A DNA stretch of 63,329 nt, filler included, from Chiloscyllium plagiosum (lineage: Eukaryota): assembly GCF_004010195.1 (NCBI RefSeq). It is 3 parts of one record of this genome, joined end to end, with 100 filler letters (N's around TTAATTAATTAA, not from the genome) between each part and the next. Parts side by side here need not be neighbours in the genome. Positions count along the whole stretch, not along the records: positions 1 to 31,339 come from NC_057714.1; 2 more parts are not named here. One strand, 5' to 3'. The position numbers were made by a program, and so were the translations under genes. The notes beneath the pieces are model-generated. The model made no database searches, was not told where the DNA came from, and saw only the letters and a list, made by a program, of their open reading frames with translations. Below are positions 1-12,030 of this stretch, in pieces. How positions within the stretch are numbered: position 1 is the first letter of the stretch; the number at the start of each line of letters is the position of its first letter.

Positions 1-200
1 CCATGTCTCCGTAATAGTCACAACATCGAAGTCCCAGGTACCACCCCACGCTGCAAGTTCACCTACCTTATTTCGTATACTTCTTGCATTGAAGTATACA
101 CACTTCAAGCCACTTTCCTGTTTACAGGCACCCTCCTTTGAAAATGATGCCATGTTCCTAACCTCCCTACACTCCAGGTCCTGCACCCTAAAGTTACAGT
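1..200 (-). mobile_element. CR1 LINE fragment (start of the ORF2 APE endonuclease)
   Basis: Reverse complement of 1-40 encodes TWDFDVVTITETW, the N-terminal APE motif of CR1 ORF2. The far boundary is approximate. Confidence 0.65.
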
Positions 201-345
201 CTGGGTTCTCCACACAGACAGTTGTTTTGTGCAGTTATTCTAATACAAGATAAAGGGATTAGTTTACATTGAGATTGAGCATTTAGCATCTTGCCATTCA
301 TTCTAACCCATATTGTAACATTATTCAGCAAGGTGAGAAAAGAAA

Positions 346-658
346 TAGATTAGATTCCCTACAGTGTGGAAACAGGCCCTTCAACCCAACAAGTCCACTC
401 TGACCCTCCAAAGAGCAACCCACCCAGACCCATTTCCCTCTGACTAATGCACCTAACACTATGGGCAATTTAGAATGGCCAGTTCACCTGGCCTGCACAT
501 CTTTGGACTATGGGAGGAAACCAGAGCACCCGGAGGAAACCCACGCAGACATTGGGAGAATGTGCAAACTCCACACAGACAGTTTCCCGAGGCTGGAATC
601 GAACCTGGGTCCCTGGTGCTGTGACGCAGCAGTCCTAACCACTGGGCCACCGTCCCGC
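346..658 (-). mobile_element. HE1-like tRNA-derived SINE
   Basis: tRNA-like head with A/B boxes (GTGGCCCAGTGGTTAG...GGTTCGATTCC), conserved body and (TCTAA)n tail. About 11 copies of this family in the window. Confidence 0.9.
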
Positions 659-766
659 TCCTGGATTAATGTATAATTAAGATAGATTTTTAAAACCAAC
701 AATGAAAATGTCTTGATGTAACCTCCCTTCGCCTTCACAACTTGTGCAGTGCTGCAGTCAGATTTT

Positions 767-862
767 AGGAGAAAGTGAGGACTGCAGATGCTGGAGATCA
801 GAGCTGAAAAATGTGTTGCTGGAAAAGCGCAGCAGGTCAGGCAGCATCCAAGGAGCAGGAGA
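767..862 (-). mobile_element. Penelope-like element terminal fragment (no ribozyme core)
   Basis: Matches the AGGAGAAAGTGAGG...GCAGCATCC segment of the copies at 7376, 38090 and 41166. Confidence 0.75.
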
Positions 863-1504
863 TTGTGGCGAGGTCCCCAGTTTCCTCTTGCTCATGTTCT
901 CAATGATGACTCATGCTCAGTTTTTGCAAAGGTTCTCAGTATTCTCACACTAGCCAGAATGGAAAAGAGGAAAATATAGAGCCAGTTATAAGGAGCAGTA
1001 TCTTTATTGTGATGGACTTTGTGCAGTGGTGGAAGAATTATTTATTTTGAACACCTCTAAGAACAATTCTATTTTTGTAAAGAAAAAGCCTAAATTCCTA
1101 CAGCAACCTGGTGGACCTACTTAAGGTCCCAAACTCCCCAGGCAGTGCTTAGCTGACATCAAACATGAACTGAATTGGAAAATGGCTGTAGCCAGCTCAC
1201 TGAGAATTGCTGTTTCTTTAAAATCTGGATCTCAACCAAGAGATTCAAACACTGGAAAATTTGACACTGGCCAAATACTGCTATCCTTGCAGCTGCTGCT
1301 AATCTGTAAACATAAAAAGCCTCTTCAAAAACATTATTTCTAGAATTTGATATGTTTATAGTCAGCAGATTTGGCAGTATCTGTGAAGAGTGAAACAGAA
1401 TTGTGACCTTCCATTAGAAATCTCTACATCTCAGCCAACGTTTGCACAGTAAGATACCAGCTTCAGTATAGTGACACTGAACAGAAAATCTGTTTTATTA
1501 ATGA

Positions 1505-1710
1505 TTAGCTGAGGGGTAAACATTGATTAGAAGACCAAGGATAACTTCCCTGCTCTTCAGAATAGTGGCATGGGGTCTTTTATATCCACATAAGGGGCAG
1601 AAATGGTCTTCTGTTAATACTTGAAGTCAAAGATGGCACATCTGACAGTGCATTAGATTTTATGCTAAGGCCCCTCAAGTAGGACTTGAATTCTAAACCT
1701 TCTCAGGAAA
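1505..1710 (-). mobile_element. Ancient DeuSINE/SacSINE-like remnant
   Basis: Degenerate CCCTGCTCTTC..AATAGTG.CATGGG.TCTTTTA..TCCAC and GGCAC.TCTGACAGTGCA blocks resemble the Deu domain. Recognised from memory, not aligned. Confidence 0.5.
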
Positions 1711-2300
1711 AGTCATGCAATTAGAATCCCCAAATCTCACCTTGTGTTCCAAGTCTTGAAAGGTAACTTAGAGTGAAGGAATGGGTGTTGTTGTTGTCAG
1801 TAAACCACTGAAACAGGTTATTGGAGACTGTAACTAGGATCATCATGTATTGGTCGAGATGGTATTTTCTCGTTGGATGCTGGAATGCTATCCTGTTAGG
1901 TGCACCCTTCTTAAATGCTTCCTCTGTCACCTTCATTAAATCATTTACAGCTACTCCTCATTCATCTTTATTGCAGACTGGATATTTCCAAACTGATACT
2001 TTTTACCTCTTGCTGTGGTTGAGGGAAAATGATGCTCTGGTCCTGGAGATTCTTCTGTTGCTGTAGACCAGCTCAATCTGTGACACAGCAAAAAAATCAA
2101 AGGCTTTTCTGTACTTTAGCAATTCCACTTGAAAAAGACTTACAGTCTCCAGTCTGCAACACATTTAATTGATCAATGCAGCACAGTAGAAGATTGTATC
2201 AAATTGTTGCAATAAACAGCAATAGAGTTTTGTTCCTTAACTTTCAGAGCCAAGAATGTAGGTTTGCTCTGCTTGTTGTGTAACAAGACTCAAGTTCTTG

Positions 2301-2467
2301 AGTTAAAAATCACACAACACCAGGTTATAGTCCAACAGGTTTAATTGGAAGCACTAACTTTCGGAGTGCTGCTCCTTCATCAGGTGATTGACGGAGCGGT
2401 GCTCTGAAAGCTAGTGCTTCCAATTAAACCTGTTGGACTATAACCTGGTGTTGTGTGATTTTTAACT
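2301..2467. mobile_element. Inverted pair of Penelope-like termini (family B) with a hammerhead core
   Basis: Arms 2301-2366 and 2402-2467 are near-perfect reverse complements. Minus strand 2352-2386 reads CAC-CTGATGA-AGGAGCAGCACTCC-GAAA-GTTA-GTG. Confidence 0.8.
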
Positions 2468-2477
2468 TTATAAACTG

Positions 2478-2713
2478 GTAGCACAGTGGTTAGCACTGCT
2501 GTCTCACAGTGCAAGAGACCAGGGTTCAATTCCTGCCTCAGGCAACAGTCTGTGCAGAGTTTGCATATTCCCCCTGTGCAGGTTTCCTCCCACAGTCCAC
2601 AAATGCACAGGTTAGGTGAATTGGCCATGCTAAATTGCACATAGTATTAGGGGGGATGGGTTGGTGTGGACTTGTTGGTCCAAAGGGCCTGCTTCCACAC
2701 TGTATCTAATCTA
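2478..2713 (+). mobile_element. HE1-like SINE (internally deleted)
   Basis: tRNA head and tail match the other copies. Confidence 0.85.
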
Positions 2714-2734
2714 AAAGTTGACCCCACTTTTTGT

Positions 2735-3052
2735 GGGCGGCACGGTGGCACAGTGGTTAGTACTGTTGCCTCACAGCGCCAGAGACCCGGGTTCAATTCC
2801 CGCCTCAGGCGACTGACTGTGTGGAGTTTGCACATTCTCCCCGTATCTGCGTGGGTTTCCTCCGGGTGCTCCGGTTTCCTCCCACAATCCAAATATGTGC
2901 AGGTTAGGCGAATTGGCCATGCTAAGTTGCCCGTAGTGTTAGGTGAAGGGATAAATGTAGGGGAATGGGTCTGGGTGGGTTATGCTTCGGTGGGTCGGTG
3001 TGAACCTGTTGGTCCGAAGGGCCTGTTTCCACACTGTAAATAATCTAATCTT
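2735..3052 (+). mobile_element. HE1-like SINE (full length)
   Basis: GGGCGGCACGGTGGCACAGTGGTTAG head, GGTTCAATTCC B box, (TAATC)n tail. Confidence 0.92.
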
Positions 3053-3124
3053 AAAAAAAAAACCCCAGTCACAAGTCTCCAAAACCCCAGTCACAAGTCT
3101 CCAAATCACAAGTTCTTGAGATGA

Positions 3125-4870
3125 TCTAACCTGGCCAATTACCACATCGTTAGCCCACTCTCGATCATCAGTAAAATGATGGAAGGTGTCAGCAGCAGTG
3201 TTATCAAGCAGCACCTGCTCAGCAATAACCCCTGCTCAGTAATGCCCAGTTTGGGTTGCACCAGGGTCACTCACTCCTGACCTCATTACAGCCTTGGTTC
3301 AGATGTGGACCAAAGAGCCAAATTCCAGAGATGAGGTGAGAGTGGCTGCCCTTGACATCAAGGACATTTGGCCAAGTGTAGTATCAAGGAACCCTAGCAA
3401 AACTGGAATCGGGGCAACCTGTCCACTGTTTGGAGTCATGCTTAGTACGCAGGAAGATGATTGTAGTTCTTGGAGATCAACCATCTCAGCTCCAGGACAT
3501 CTGTGCACTACTCAAGTCAGTATCCTAGACCCAAACATCTTCAGCTGTTTCATAGTCACCTTCCCTTCTTCGTAAGATCAGAAGTGGAAAGGTTCGCTGT
3601 TAGTTGGTGCTGAACATTGTACGTTCGTGACTCCTCAGATACTGAAGCAGTCCATGTTCAAATGCAACAAAATCTGGACTTGGCTGATGAGGTGGCAAGT
3701 AACATTCACACCACACAAATGTCGGGCGATGACCATCTTCAACAAAAGTTCCCTGGAGAGTCAGAGGCTGAGGGGTGACCTTATAGAGGTTTATAAAATC
3801 ATGAGGGTCCTGGATAGGGCAAATAGACAAAGTCTTTTCCCTGGGGTGGGGAAATCTAGAACTAGAGGGCATAAGTTTAGGGTGAGAGGGGAAAGATGTA
3901 AAAGAGACCAACGGGGCACCTTTTCCCCCAGAGTGTGGTGCATGTGTGGAATGAGCTGTCAGAGGAAATGGTGGAGGCTGGTACAATTGCAACATTTAAA
4001 AGGCATCTGGATGGATATATGAATCAGAAGAGTTTGGAAGGATATGGGCAGGGTGCTGACAGGTGGGACTAGGTTTGATTGGGATATCTGGTCTGCATGG
4101 ATGAGTTGGACTGAAGGGTCTGTTTCCATGCTGTACATCTCTATGACTCAATGACTGGAAGAGCCAAACTAACCACCACCCTTGACATTCAGTGATGTTA
4201 CCATCTCTGAATCCCCCACTATCAACATTTTGGGAATTACCATTAACAAGAAACACAACTGTATTCACAACATAAATATTGTCTCTAAGAGCAGATCAGA
4301 AGCTCAGGATCCAACAGTGGGTTTCTGAATTCCTGACTCTCCAAAGCCTTTACACCATCCACTTGGCACAAATCACGAGTGTATTGGAATACTTGGCCCG
4401 ATAGGTGCAGCTTTAGCTACACTCATGAAACTCTGACACCGTCCAGGACAAAGCAGCCTGCTTGATTGGTGCTACATCTACAAACATCTATTTTCTCCAC
4501 CACTGATGTGTACTAGCAGCAATGGGTACTTTGTACAAGATGAACTGCAGAAATTCACCAAAGATCTTTCGACAACACCTTCCAAAACCACCACAACTTT
4601 CATCTGGATGAACAAGGGGAGCAGATACACGGGAACACAGCCACCTGCAAGTTCCCCTCCAAGCAACTCACCATCCGAATTTGGAAATATATTGCTGTTC
4701 CTTTATTGTTGCTGGATCAAAATCCCGGAATTCACTCCCTAAGGGCATTGTGTGTACTACTACAGTAAATGGACTGCAGCAATTTCAAGAAGCCAGCTCA
4801 CCACCACCACCTCAAGAGCAAATAGGGATTAATAAATTCTAGCTAGCCAGTGACACCCATGTCCCACAAG
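3125..4870 (+). mobile_element. Old degenerate LINE RT remnant interrupted by a younger CR1 3' end (about 3750-4150)
   Basis: Peptide remnants VAALDIK and WQVTFTPHKC. The inner segment encodes RLRGDLIEVYKIM and ends in the CR1 tail CTGTACATCTCTATGACTC. Confidence 0.75.
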
Positions 4871-5504
4871 AGAATTAGAAAGAATTAGATTGTTTACGAA
4901 GTGGTAACAGACAGTTCATATAATAGATCCTTTAGCCTCATTTTGTTTAAAACTACAGTCGGTATTTAGCAATTCCTAAAGAAGAAGAAGAAGTTTGCTT
5001 CCTTTCAAACTGGTTAACCATATGATGCAATAAGTGAGTTATTCACAAAGTATAGTGATCAGCCTTTGTGAATGGGACGGTGGAAAAGTATTGGAGAAAG
5101 GTGGTGTGATCTTGCTGATCTTGCAGTATAAGCCATCTCTCTCACTTTTGTTTTATGTATTGATCACTGTTGATATCCTCCTAACCTGCCTGAACACCAC
5201 CTCCTCTGCATCCATCGCTGGCAAAATTCTAGTTTACCACTGCACTTTCAATTTCCTGCCTCTATACCTTTTGATCCTCTGTTCATCACAACAATCGTGG
5301 TTACTGATTTGATAGCTGTATCTTCAATACTTGATACCCTGGTCCCAATAAAACCGTGAATTTCCCTGATTTAATTCCCTGGTATAATGTTCATCTCTGC
5401 TCCATTCAAACCAAAGAATACAGATCTGGGAGGATTTGGTGTATAGGTGGCTTAGCCTTCAGATGTGGCACAGCACAGTTAGAAGACTATTGGGGTCAGG
5501 TTTT

Positions 5505-6230
5505 TATTTAATTTAATTTATTTATTGTTATGTGTATTTTCTTATGAAGTACAGTGAAAAATGTTGTATAGCATCGCCACTCTTCAGCACCAACTTAAAA
5601 GACAGAAAAATAACCCAAAACATTGAATATAAAGGCAAAAGAATAAAGAAAGTGTTCAGCTTTACAGTCGTTCTTAAGTGCTCCGTCATGGATCACGGGC
5701 CTGGTGTCCCTTGGCTATACTGCTGCTAGAACAAAAGTCACCACTCCTCGGCACCATCTCACCTCCACCAACATTCACACCGCTATGAGTCCTCGTTGGA
5801 CCTCACCCAATGCAGACACCACCAATGCTGCCAGGTACTGCACTGGACCAAATTTGATTCCTTCACCACCATGAGTCTGCTTTGGGCCCACCTTCTCGAC
5901 GTAGCAGCTGCTAATGCTGCAGGGTTTCCTACTGGGCCAGAATCTGCACTGAATGCTGATGTTACCACAAACTTGCCCCCACCACACTGGCTTTCAGTCA
6001 GCTCCAGGACCGCCTCATGGTTGCAGAGGCCTCCAGGAACCTGAACTCACACTGCTGCCGTGAGTCCATGCTCAGCCCACTTGCTAACCACCATGATTCT
6101 GCACTGGGCTTACTTGCTATCACCTTGACTGAGCTCTTAAACAAGAGGTAAGTAAAATAGATGAGAAAAAAAACGGTAAAGCAGATAGAGCAGACAAACC
6201 CTGGACTCCTAAGCTGGTCCAATACCTAAT
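5505..6230 (-). repeat. Non-autonomous repeat with a CACTGTAC...ACAATAAA 3' tail
   Basis: Tail resembles those at about 7185-7230 (+) and 21200-21240 (+). Family not assigned. Confidence 0.45.
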
Positions 6231-7257
6231 ATGGAAGAATGATTGGACAGTTTGGTATAGCTGCCAAGTTTAAATTTTAAATTGTATAGAGTCTGGTTGG
6301 GAACAGCCATTGAATGCAGATCTCTCAGAAAAATCCGGGAAGGCAGCTGCAACCCACTTTCAGTTGAACTGTGAACAGTAAATGAGAGCTGACACCAGGA
6401 ATCACAGAAGACAATGCCCAGAACTCATCCATGTTTTGCTGAAAAGAAATCAGCTCCCCTAAGCTCCTTTTCATGTTGAGTTTAACTACCAAAGGAAGTA
6501 CTAACTATTTAACTCCAGAAACAAATGTAGCTGCCAAACCTTTCAAGATATGGATGAGCCGGTGTTGGACTAGGTTGGACAAGGTGAACAATTACAAGGA
6601 CACCAGGTTATAGAGCAATAGGTTTATTTGGAGCCTTGGTCCTCCTTCAGGTGCCAGTACAGGAGTGAACCTTTCAATACATTTACTGCAGAAAGCAAAT
6701 CTTCACACAGTGGTCCTGCAATGAAATTAGAAACTGATCTCATTTTCCTCTTTGTACATAACTTTTGCATTTATATACTTTAAATCTTTGTCAATGTGTT
6801 GTAGCTAATAACTTGGTCGACTTTTCAATTCAGAGCATTCTGGTTCCAGGATGGTAGTGTAGTGGGACTTCTGAGCTGGAGCCTGTTATTCTGAACATCG
6901 CTGGCAAAATTCTAGTTTACCGCTGCACTTTCAATTTCCTGCCTCTATACCTTTTTGATCCTCCTGTTCATCACAACAATCGTGGTTACTGATTTGATAG
7001 CTGTACCTTCAATACTTGATGCCCTGGTCCCAATAAAACCATGAATTTTGCTTTTTAACTGGTGTATTGCTAGACCTTTTTTTTTATTTTGTTTTTTTTT
7101 GCCTAAGTATTTGTACATTAAGAATTTGTACCTTTAAAATCTTACACCTAAGATGGCACAATAACTGGCGACTTGTAAAATTTTCACTGTACTCGTGTGA
7201 GTACATGTGACAATAAAGATAATTCTAATTCACCAAGAGCTGTGTATAAATTAAGAT

Positions 7258-7706
7258 TAAATTAGATTCCCTACAGTGTAGAAACAGGCCCTTCGGCCCA
7301 ACAAGTCCACACTGACCCTCCGAAGAGTAACCCATCCAAACCCATTTGCCTCTGATTCATGCACCTAACACTATGAGGAGAAAGTGAGGTCTGCAGATGC
7401 TGGGGATCAGAGCTGAAAATGTGTTGCTGGAAAAGCGCAGCAGGTCAGGCAGCATCCAGGGAACAGGAGAATCGACGTTTCGGGCATAAGCCCTTCTTCA
7501 GGAACACTATGGGCAATTTAGCATGGCCAATTCACCTAACCTGCACATCTTTGGACTGTGGGAGGAAACCAGAACACCCGGAGGAAATCCACGCAGACGC
7601 AGGGAGAACGTGTAAACTCCACACCGACAGTCGCCCGAGGTTGGAAACAAACCCGGGTCCCTGGTGCTGTGAGGCAACAGTGCTAACCATTGAGCCACCG
7701 TGCCAC
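7258..7706 (-). mobile_element. HE1-like SINE interrupted by a Penelope-like fragment (7376-7504)
   Basis: SINE sequence resumes after the insert, with AACACTATG on both sides. The insert carries a minus-strand CTGAAGA-AGGGCTTATGCCC-GAAAC-GTC core (7471-7504). Confidence 0.88.
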
Positions 7707-7740
7707 CCCAAACCTTTAGTTAACAGTACCAATCTTTTAT

Positions 7741-9065
7741 AGAGTCATAGAGATGTACAGTATGGAAACAGACCTTTTGGTCCAACCCGTCCATGCCGAC
7801 CAGATATCCCAACCCAATCTGGTCCCACTTGCCAGCACCCAGCCCATATCCCTCCAAACCCTTCCTATTCATATACCCATCCAAATGCCTCTTAAATATT
7901 GCAATGTACCAGCCTCCACCACTTCCTCTGGCAGCTCATTCCATACACGTACTACCCTCTGTATGAAAACGTTGCCCCACAGGTCTCTTTTATGTCTTTA
8001 CCCTCTAGTTCTGGACTCCCCGACCCCAGGGAAAAGATTTTGCCTATTTACCCTATCCACGTCCCTCATAATTTTGTAAGCCTCTATAAGGTTACCCCTC
8101 AGCCTCTGACGCTCCAGGGAAAACAGCCCCAGCCTGTTCAGCCTCTCCCTGTAGCTCAAATCCTCCAACCCTGGCAACATCCTTGTAAATCCTTTCTGAA
8201 CCCTTTCAAGTTTCACAACATCTTTCCGAGGGGAAGGAGACCAGATTGGCACGCAATATTCCAACAATGACCTAACCAATGTCCTGTACAGCCGCAACAT
8301 GACCTCTCAACTCCTGTACCCAATACTCTGACCAATAAATGAAAGCATCCCAAATGCCTTCTTCACTATCCTATCTACCTGTGACTCCACTTTCAAGAAG
8401 CTATGAACCTGCACTCCAAGATCTCTTTGTTCAGCAACACTCCCTAGGACCTTACCATTTAAGTGTATAAGTCCTGCTAAGATTTGCTTTTCCAAAATGC
8501 CGCACTTCACATTTATCTGAATTAAACTCCATCTGCCACTTCTCAGCCCATTGGCCCATCCTGTTATAATCTGCGATAACCCTCTTCGCTGTCCACTACA
8601 CCTCCAATTTTGGTGTCATCTGCAAACTTACTAACTGTACCTCTTATGCTCATATCCAAATCATTTATGTAAATGACAAAGGAGAGGACCCAGCACCGAT
8701 CCTTGTGGCACTCCTCTGGTCACAGGCCTCCAGTCTGAAAAACAATCCTCCACCACCACCCTCTGTCTTCTACCTTTGAGCCAGTTCCAAATGGCTAGTT
8801 CTCTCTGTATTCCATGAGATCTAACCTTGCTAACCAGTCTCCCATGGGGAACCTTGTCGAACACCTTACTGAAGTCCATATAGATCACATCTACCGCTCT
8901 ACGCTCATCAATCGTCTTTGTTACTTCCAAAAACCTCAATCAAGTTTGTGAGACATGATTTACCCCGCACAAAACCATGTTGACTATCCCTAATCAGTCC
9001 TTGCCTTTCCAAATAGATGTACATCTTGTCCCTCGGGATTCCCTCCACAACTTGCCCACCACCAC
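7741..9065 (-). mobile_element. CR1 (HER1-like) LINE, 5'-truncated RT and 3' UTR, decayed
   Basis: ORF pieces QHGFVRGKSCLTNL, DVIYMDFSKVFDKVPH, GVPQGSVLGP and LVRSLLEYC; tail CTCTATGACTCTA. Confidence 0.92.
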
Positions 9066-10456
9066 TTATGTTAAGACACAAAACTTTGCTTCTGGTTATC
9101 TTACAATTGAAGCACTCCAGCATTAAATTATATGTAGTTATTAAAAACCTTAGTTCATGGATTACTCTGAGGAAATGCAAAGTGGGAGGTGGCTGTGACA
9201 GCTCTAGAATTTTGACTTTTCCTTTCCTTGCAATTTTCTCTTCACTAATTCTGACTGATTTGTACGTCTCTGATTTGCTATCATTGGCGCCTGCACCTTC
9301 ACTTATCTAAGCGCCAATCTGACATATACACTTCCCACACCTCACTGTCTCTCTATTCCACTTAATTTTCTTTTAAGACATTTCTTAAAACTACCTTTTG
9401 ACAACTTTTTATTATCTTTTGTAATACATCCTTGTGTGTATCTTTGCCAAGCAGTATGTGAGGATGCTCCTGTGAAGCATATTAGGATGTTTTGTTACAT
9501 GGAAGGTGCTTTACAAATAGAATTTGTTGTCATTATTTTGCAAATTAAATATATCTGTTTTGCACTTGAATTATTTTTCTGCACTCCGTGGAGTCATCAG
9601 CTAAGTGTCTCGATGCTGTGCTGAAGGACAGAGTTGTGGTTCACACACATTTCTCTGTGATCATTGCTTTTGGTGGAGTTCCATGAACAGGTGCCATCTC
9701 AGTGTTGTTGGAATTTAGAAGGTAGAGTGCAAATTATCAATGCCTGAGGGGTGCAGTCACTGGAATGTGGCTTTACCCTTTTTATAAAAACAAAATCACT
9801 TTGGGGCTTCCAACCAGTAGATTATGATGCTTGCCATGGCCTGTGTTCGCTCGTCTCTTTAAAATTCCAGAAACAACAGTGTCATCCCTGAACCTTTTCT
9901 CCTTCTTCAGTGAAAACATGCCTAATTTTCATAATCTGATCAATCCATTTTTCCAATCATTGTGATTGCTGTCTGCTGCATCCTTTGAATTGCAGTTTTA
10001 TTCTTTTTATCCCGTAATGATCCCTACTACCCATTGTTCCATATTGTTATTCAATTGTCCTGCTCTGCATAGAAAGTAGGTGCTTAAAACACTCGTTATC
10101 ACATTAATTATAACAATGTGGAAGTATCAAGTGTCTACTTTAGCTCAGTATTGTCCTTCTAATATGTTTTAACATTCGATTTGCCTTACTTTCTTTTCAC
10201 TGAACGTTGTTGCAATAGCTTATATTAACCATTGTATTGATAAAGTGAAATGAAATCCAATCATTTTTTTGTCTCTGTTTAGCTAAAACAAATTATGAAT
10301 AAAAAGGTAAAGTCACCAAGTGGGCCAGAGGACTGCTGTGGTGGTGATTTGACCAGATTTCATCATGCCCCTGGTGAGGGGAGAAGTTGAGAAGGACAGT
10401 TATTCAAAGTATCCTCAGCCAGTGCAGGAATTGAACCCATGCTATTTGCATTGCTT

Positions 10457-11550
10457 TGCCTTCCTCTGTCTCAGATTCCTCCCTCCCCTTCCTAGACCTC
10501 TCCATTTCTATCTCGGGCGACCGACTCAACACAGACATTTACTACAAACCGACCGACTCCCACAGCTACCTAGGTTACACCTCCTCCCACCCTGCCCCCT
10601 GTAAAAACGTCATCCTATATTCCCAATTCCTCCGCCTCCGCCGCATCTGCTCCCAGGAGAACGAATTCCACTACCGAACAACTCAAATGCCCTCCTTCTT
10701 CAAAGACCGCAATATCCCCCCAGACGTGGTCGACAATGCTCTCCACCGCATCTCCTCCACTTCCCGCTCCTTCGCCTTTGAATCCCACCCCTCCAATCGC
10801 CATCAGGACAGAACCCCACTGGTCCTCACCTACCACCCCCAACCTCCGGATACATCGTATCATCCTTCGTCATTTCCGCCACCTCCAAACAGGACCCCAC
10901 CACCAAGGATATATTTCCCCCTCCACCCCTATCAGCATTCAGGAGAGACCGCTCCCTCCGTGACTCCCTCGTCAGGTCCACACCCCCCACCAACCCAACC
11001 TCCACTCCTGGCACCTTCCCGTTCAACCGCAAGAAGTGCAAAACTTGCGCCCACACCACCTCCATCACCTCCCTCCAAGGCCCCAATGGATCCTTCTATA
11101 TCCATCGCAAATTCACCTGCAACTCCTCACACATCATTTACTGTATCCACTGCACCCGATGTGGTCTCCTCTACATTGGGGAGACAGGCCGCCTACTTGC
11201 GGAACATTTCAGGGAACACCTCTGGGACACCCGCACCAACCGGGACACCCGCACCAACCAACCCAACCGCCCTGTGGCTGAACACTTTAACTCCCCCTCC
11301 CATTCCACCAATGACATGCAGGTCCTTGGCCTCCTCCATTGCCAGACTCTGGCCACACAACGCCTGGAGGAAGAGCGCCTCATCTTCCACCTAAGTACCC
11401 TCCAACCACAAGGGATGAATGTAGATTTCTCCAGCTTCCTCATTTCCCCTCCCTCGTTCCTGAAGAAGGGCTTATGCCCGAAACGTCGATTCTCCTGCTC
11501 CTCGGATGCTGCCTGACGTGCTGTGTTTTTCCAGCACCACATTTTTCAAC
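10457..11550 (+). mobile_element. Penelope-like retroelement 3' part: RT C-terminus plus GIY-YIG endonuclease, frameshifted
   Basis: LPFLDL...IYYKPTDSHSYL...ILYSQFLRLRRICS (PLE RT C-terminus). After a frameshift: IIYCIHCTRCGLLYIGETGR, PVAEHFN and LQPQGMN (GIY-YIG). Inserted into an older tRNA-SINE-like remnant. Confidence 0.9.
11456..11491 (+). ncRNA. Minimal hammerhead ribozyme motif (PLE family A)
   Basis: CTGAAGA core, stem II GGGC-TTAT-GCCC, GAAA, then C-GTC cleavage triplet. Stem I is weak. Confidence 0.7.
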
Positions 11551-11701
11551 ATTGCAAAACTCTGTCCTGCTAACTGAGCTAACCAACCCCCCAAAATTGT
11601 GAATGATTAAGATTGATGAGGAAACAAAATCTTTAGATTAAACATTAGGTTAGATAGCATTAGGTTTAATTCCAGGTATCAGCTATGAACGAAGTTGTTA
11701 A

Positions 11702-12030
11702 GATTAGATTAGATTACTTAGATTAGATTACTTACAGTGTGGAAACAGGCCCTTCGGCCCAACAAGTCCACACCGACCCGCCAAAGCGTAACCCACCCAT
11801 ACCCCTACATTTACCCCTTTACCTAACACTACGGGCAATTTAGCATGGCCAATTCACCTGACTTGCACATCTTTGGACTGTGGGAGGAAACCGGAGCCCC
11901 CGGAGGAAACCCACGCAGACACGGGGAGAACGTGCAAACTCCACACAGTCAGTCGCCTGAGTCGGGAATTGAACCCGGGTCTCTGGCGCTGCGAGGCAGC
12001 AGTGCTAACCACTGTGCCACCGTGCCGCCC
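11702..12030 (-). mobile_element. HE1-like SINE (full length)
   Basis: Intact head, body and repeated tail. Confidence 0.92.

Noticed and set aside
2735..2810. tRNA gene
   Set aside because: It is the tRNA-derived head of a SINE that continues into the SINE body, without a proper acceptor stem.
2291..3120. CAAGTTCTTGAG repeated on both sides of the palindrome/SINE cluster as a TSD of one composite element
   Set aside because: The contents are independent elements of different ages and the second copy lies about 55 bp beyond the SINE tail. It cannot be distinguished from chance.
10456..11394. 312-aa Pro/Ser/Thr-rich ORF as a novel protein
   Set aside because: It is Penelope RT C-terminus running into the wrong frame after a frameshift. 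The GIY-YIG domain is in another frame.
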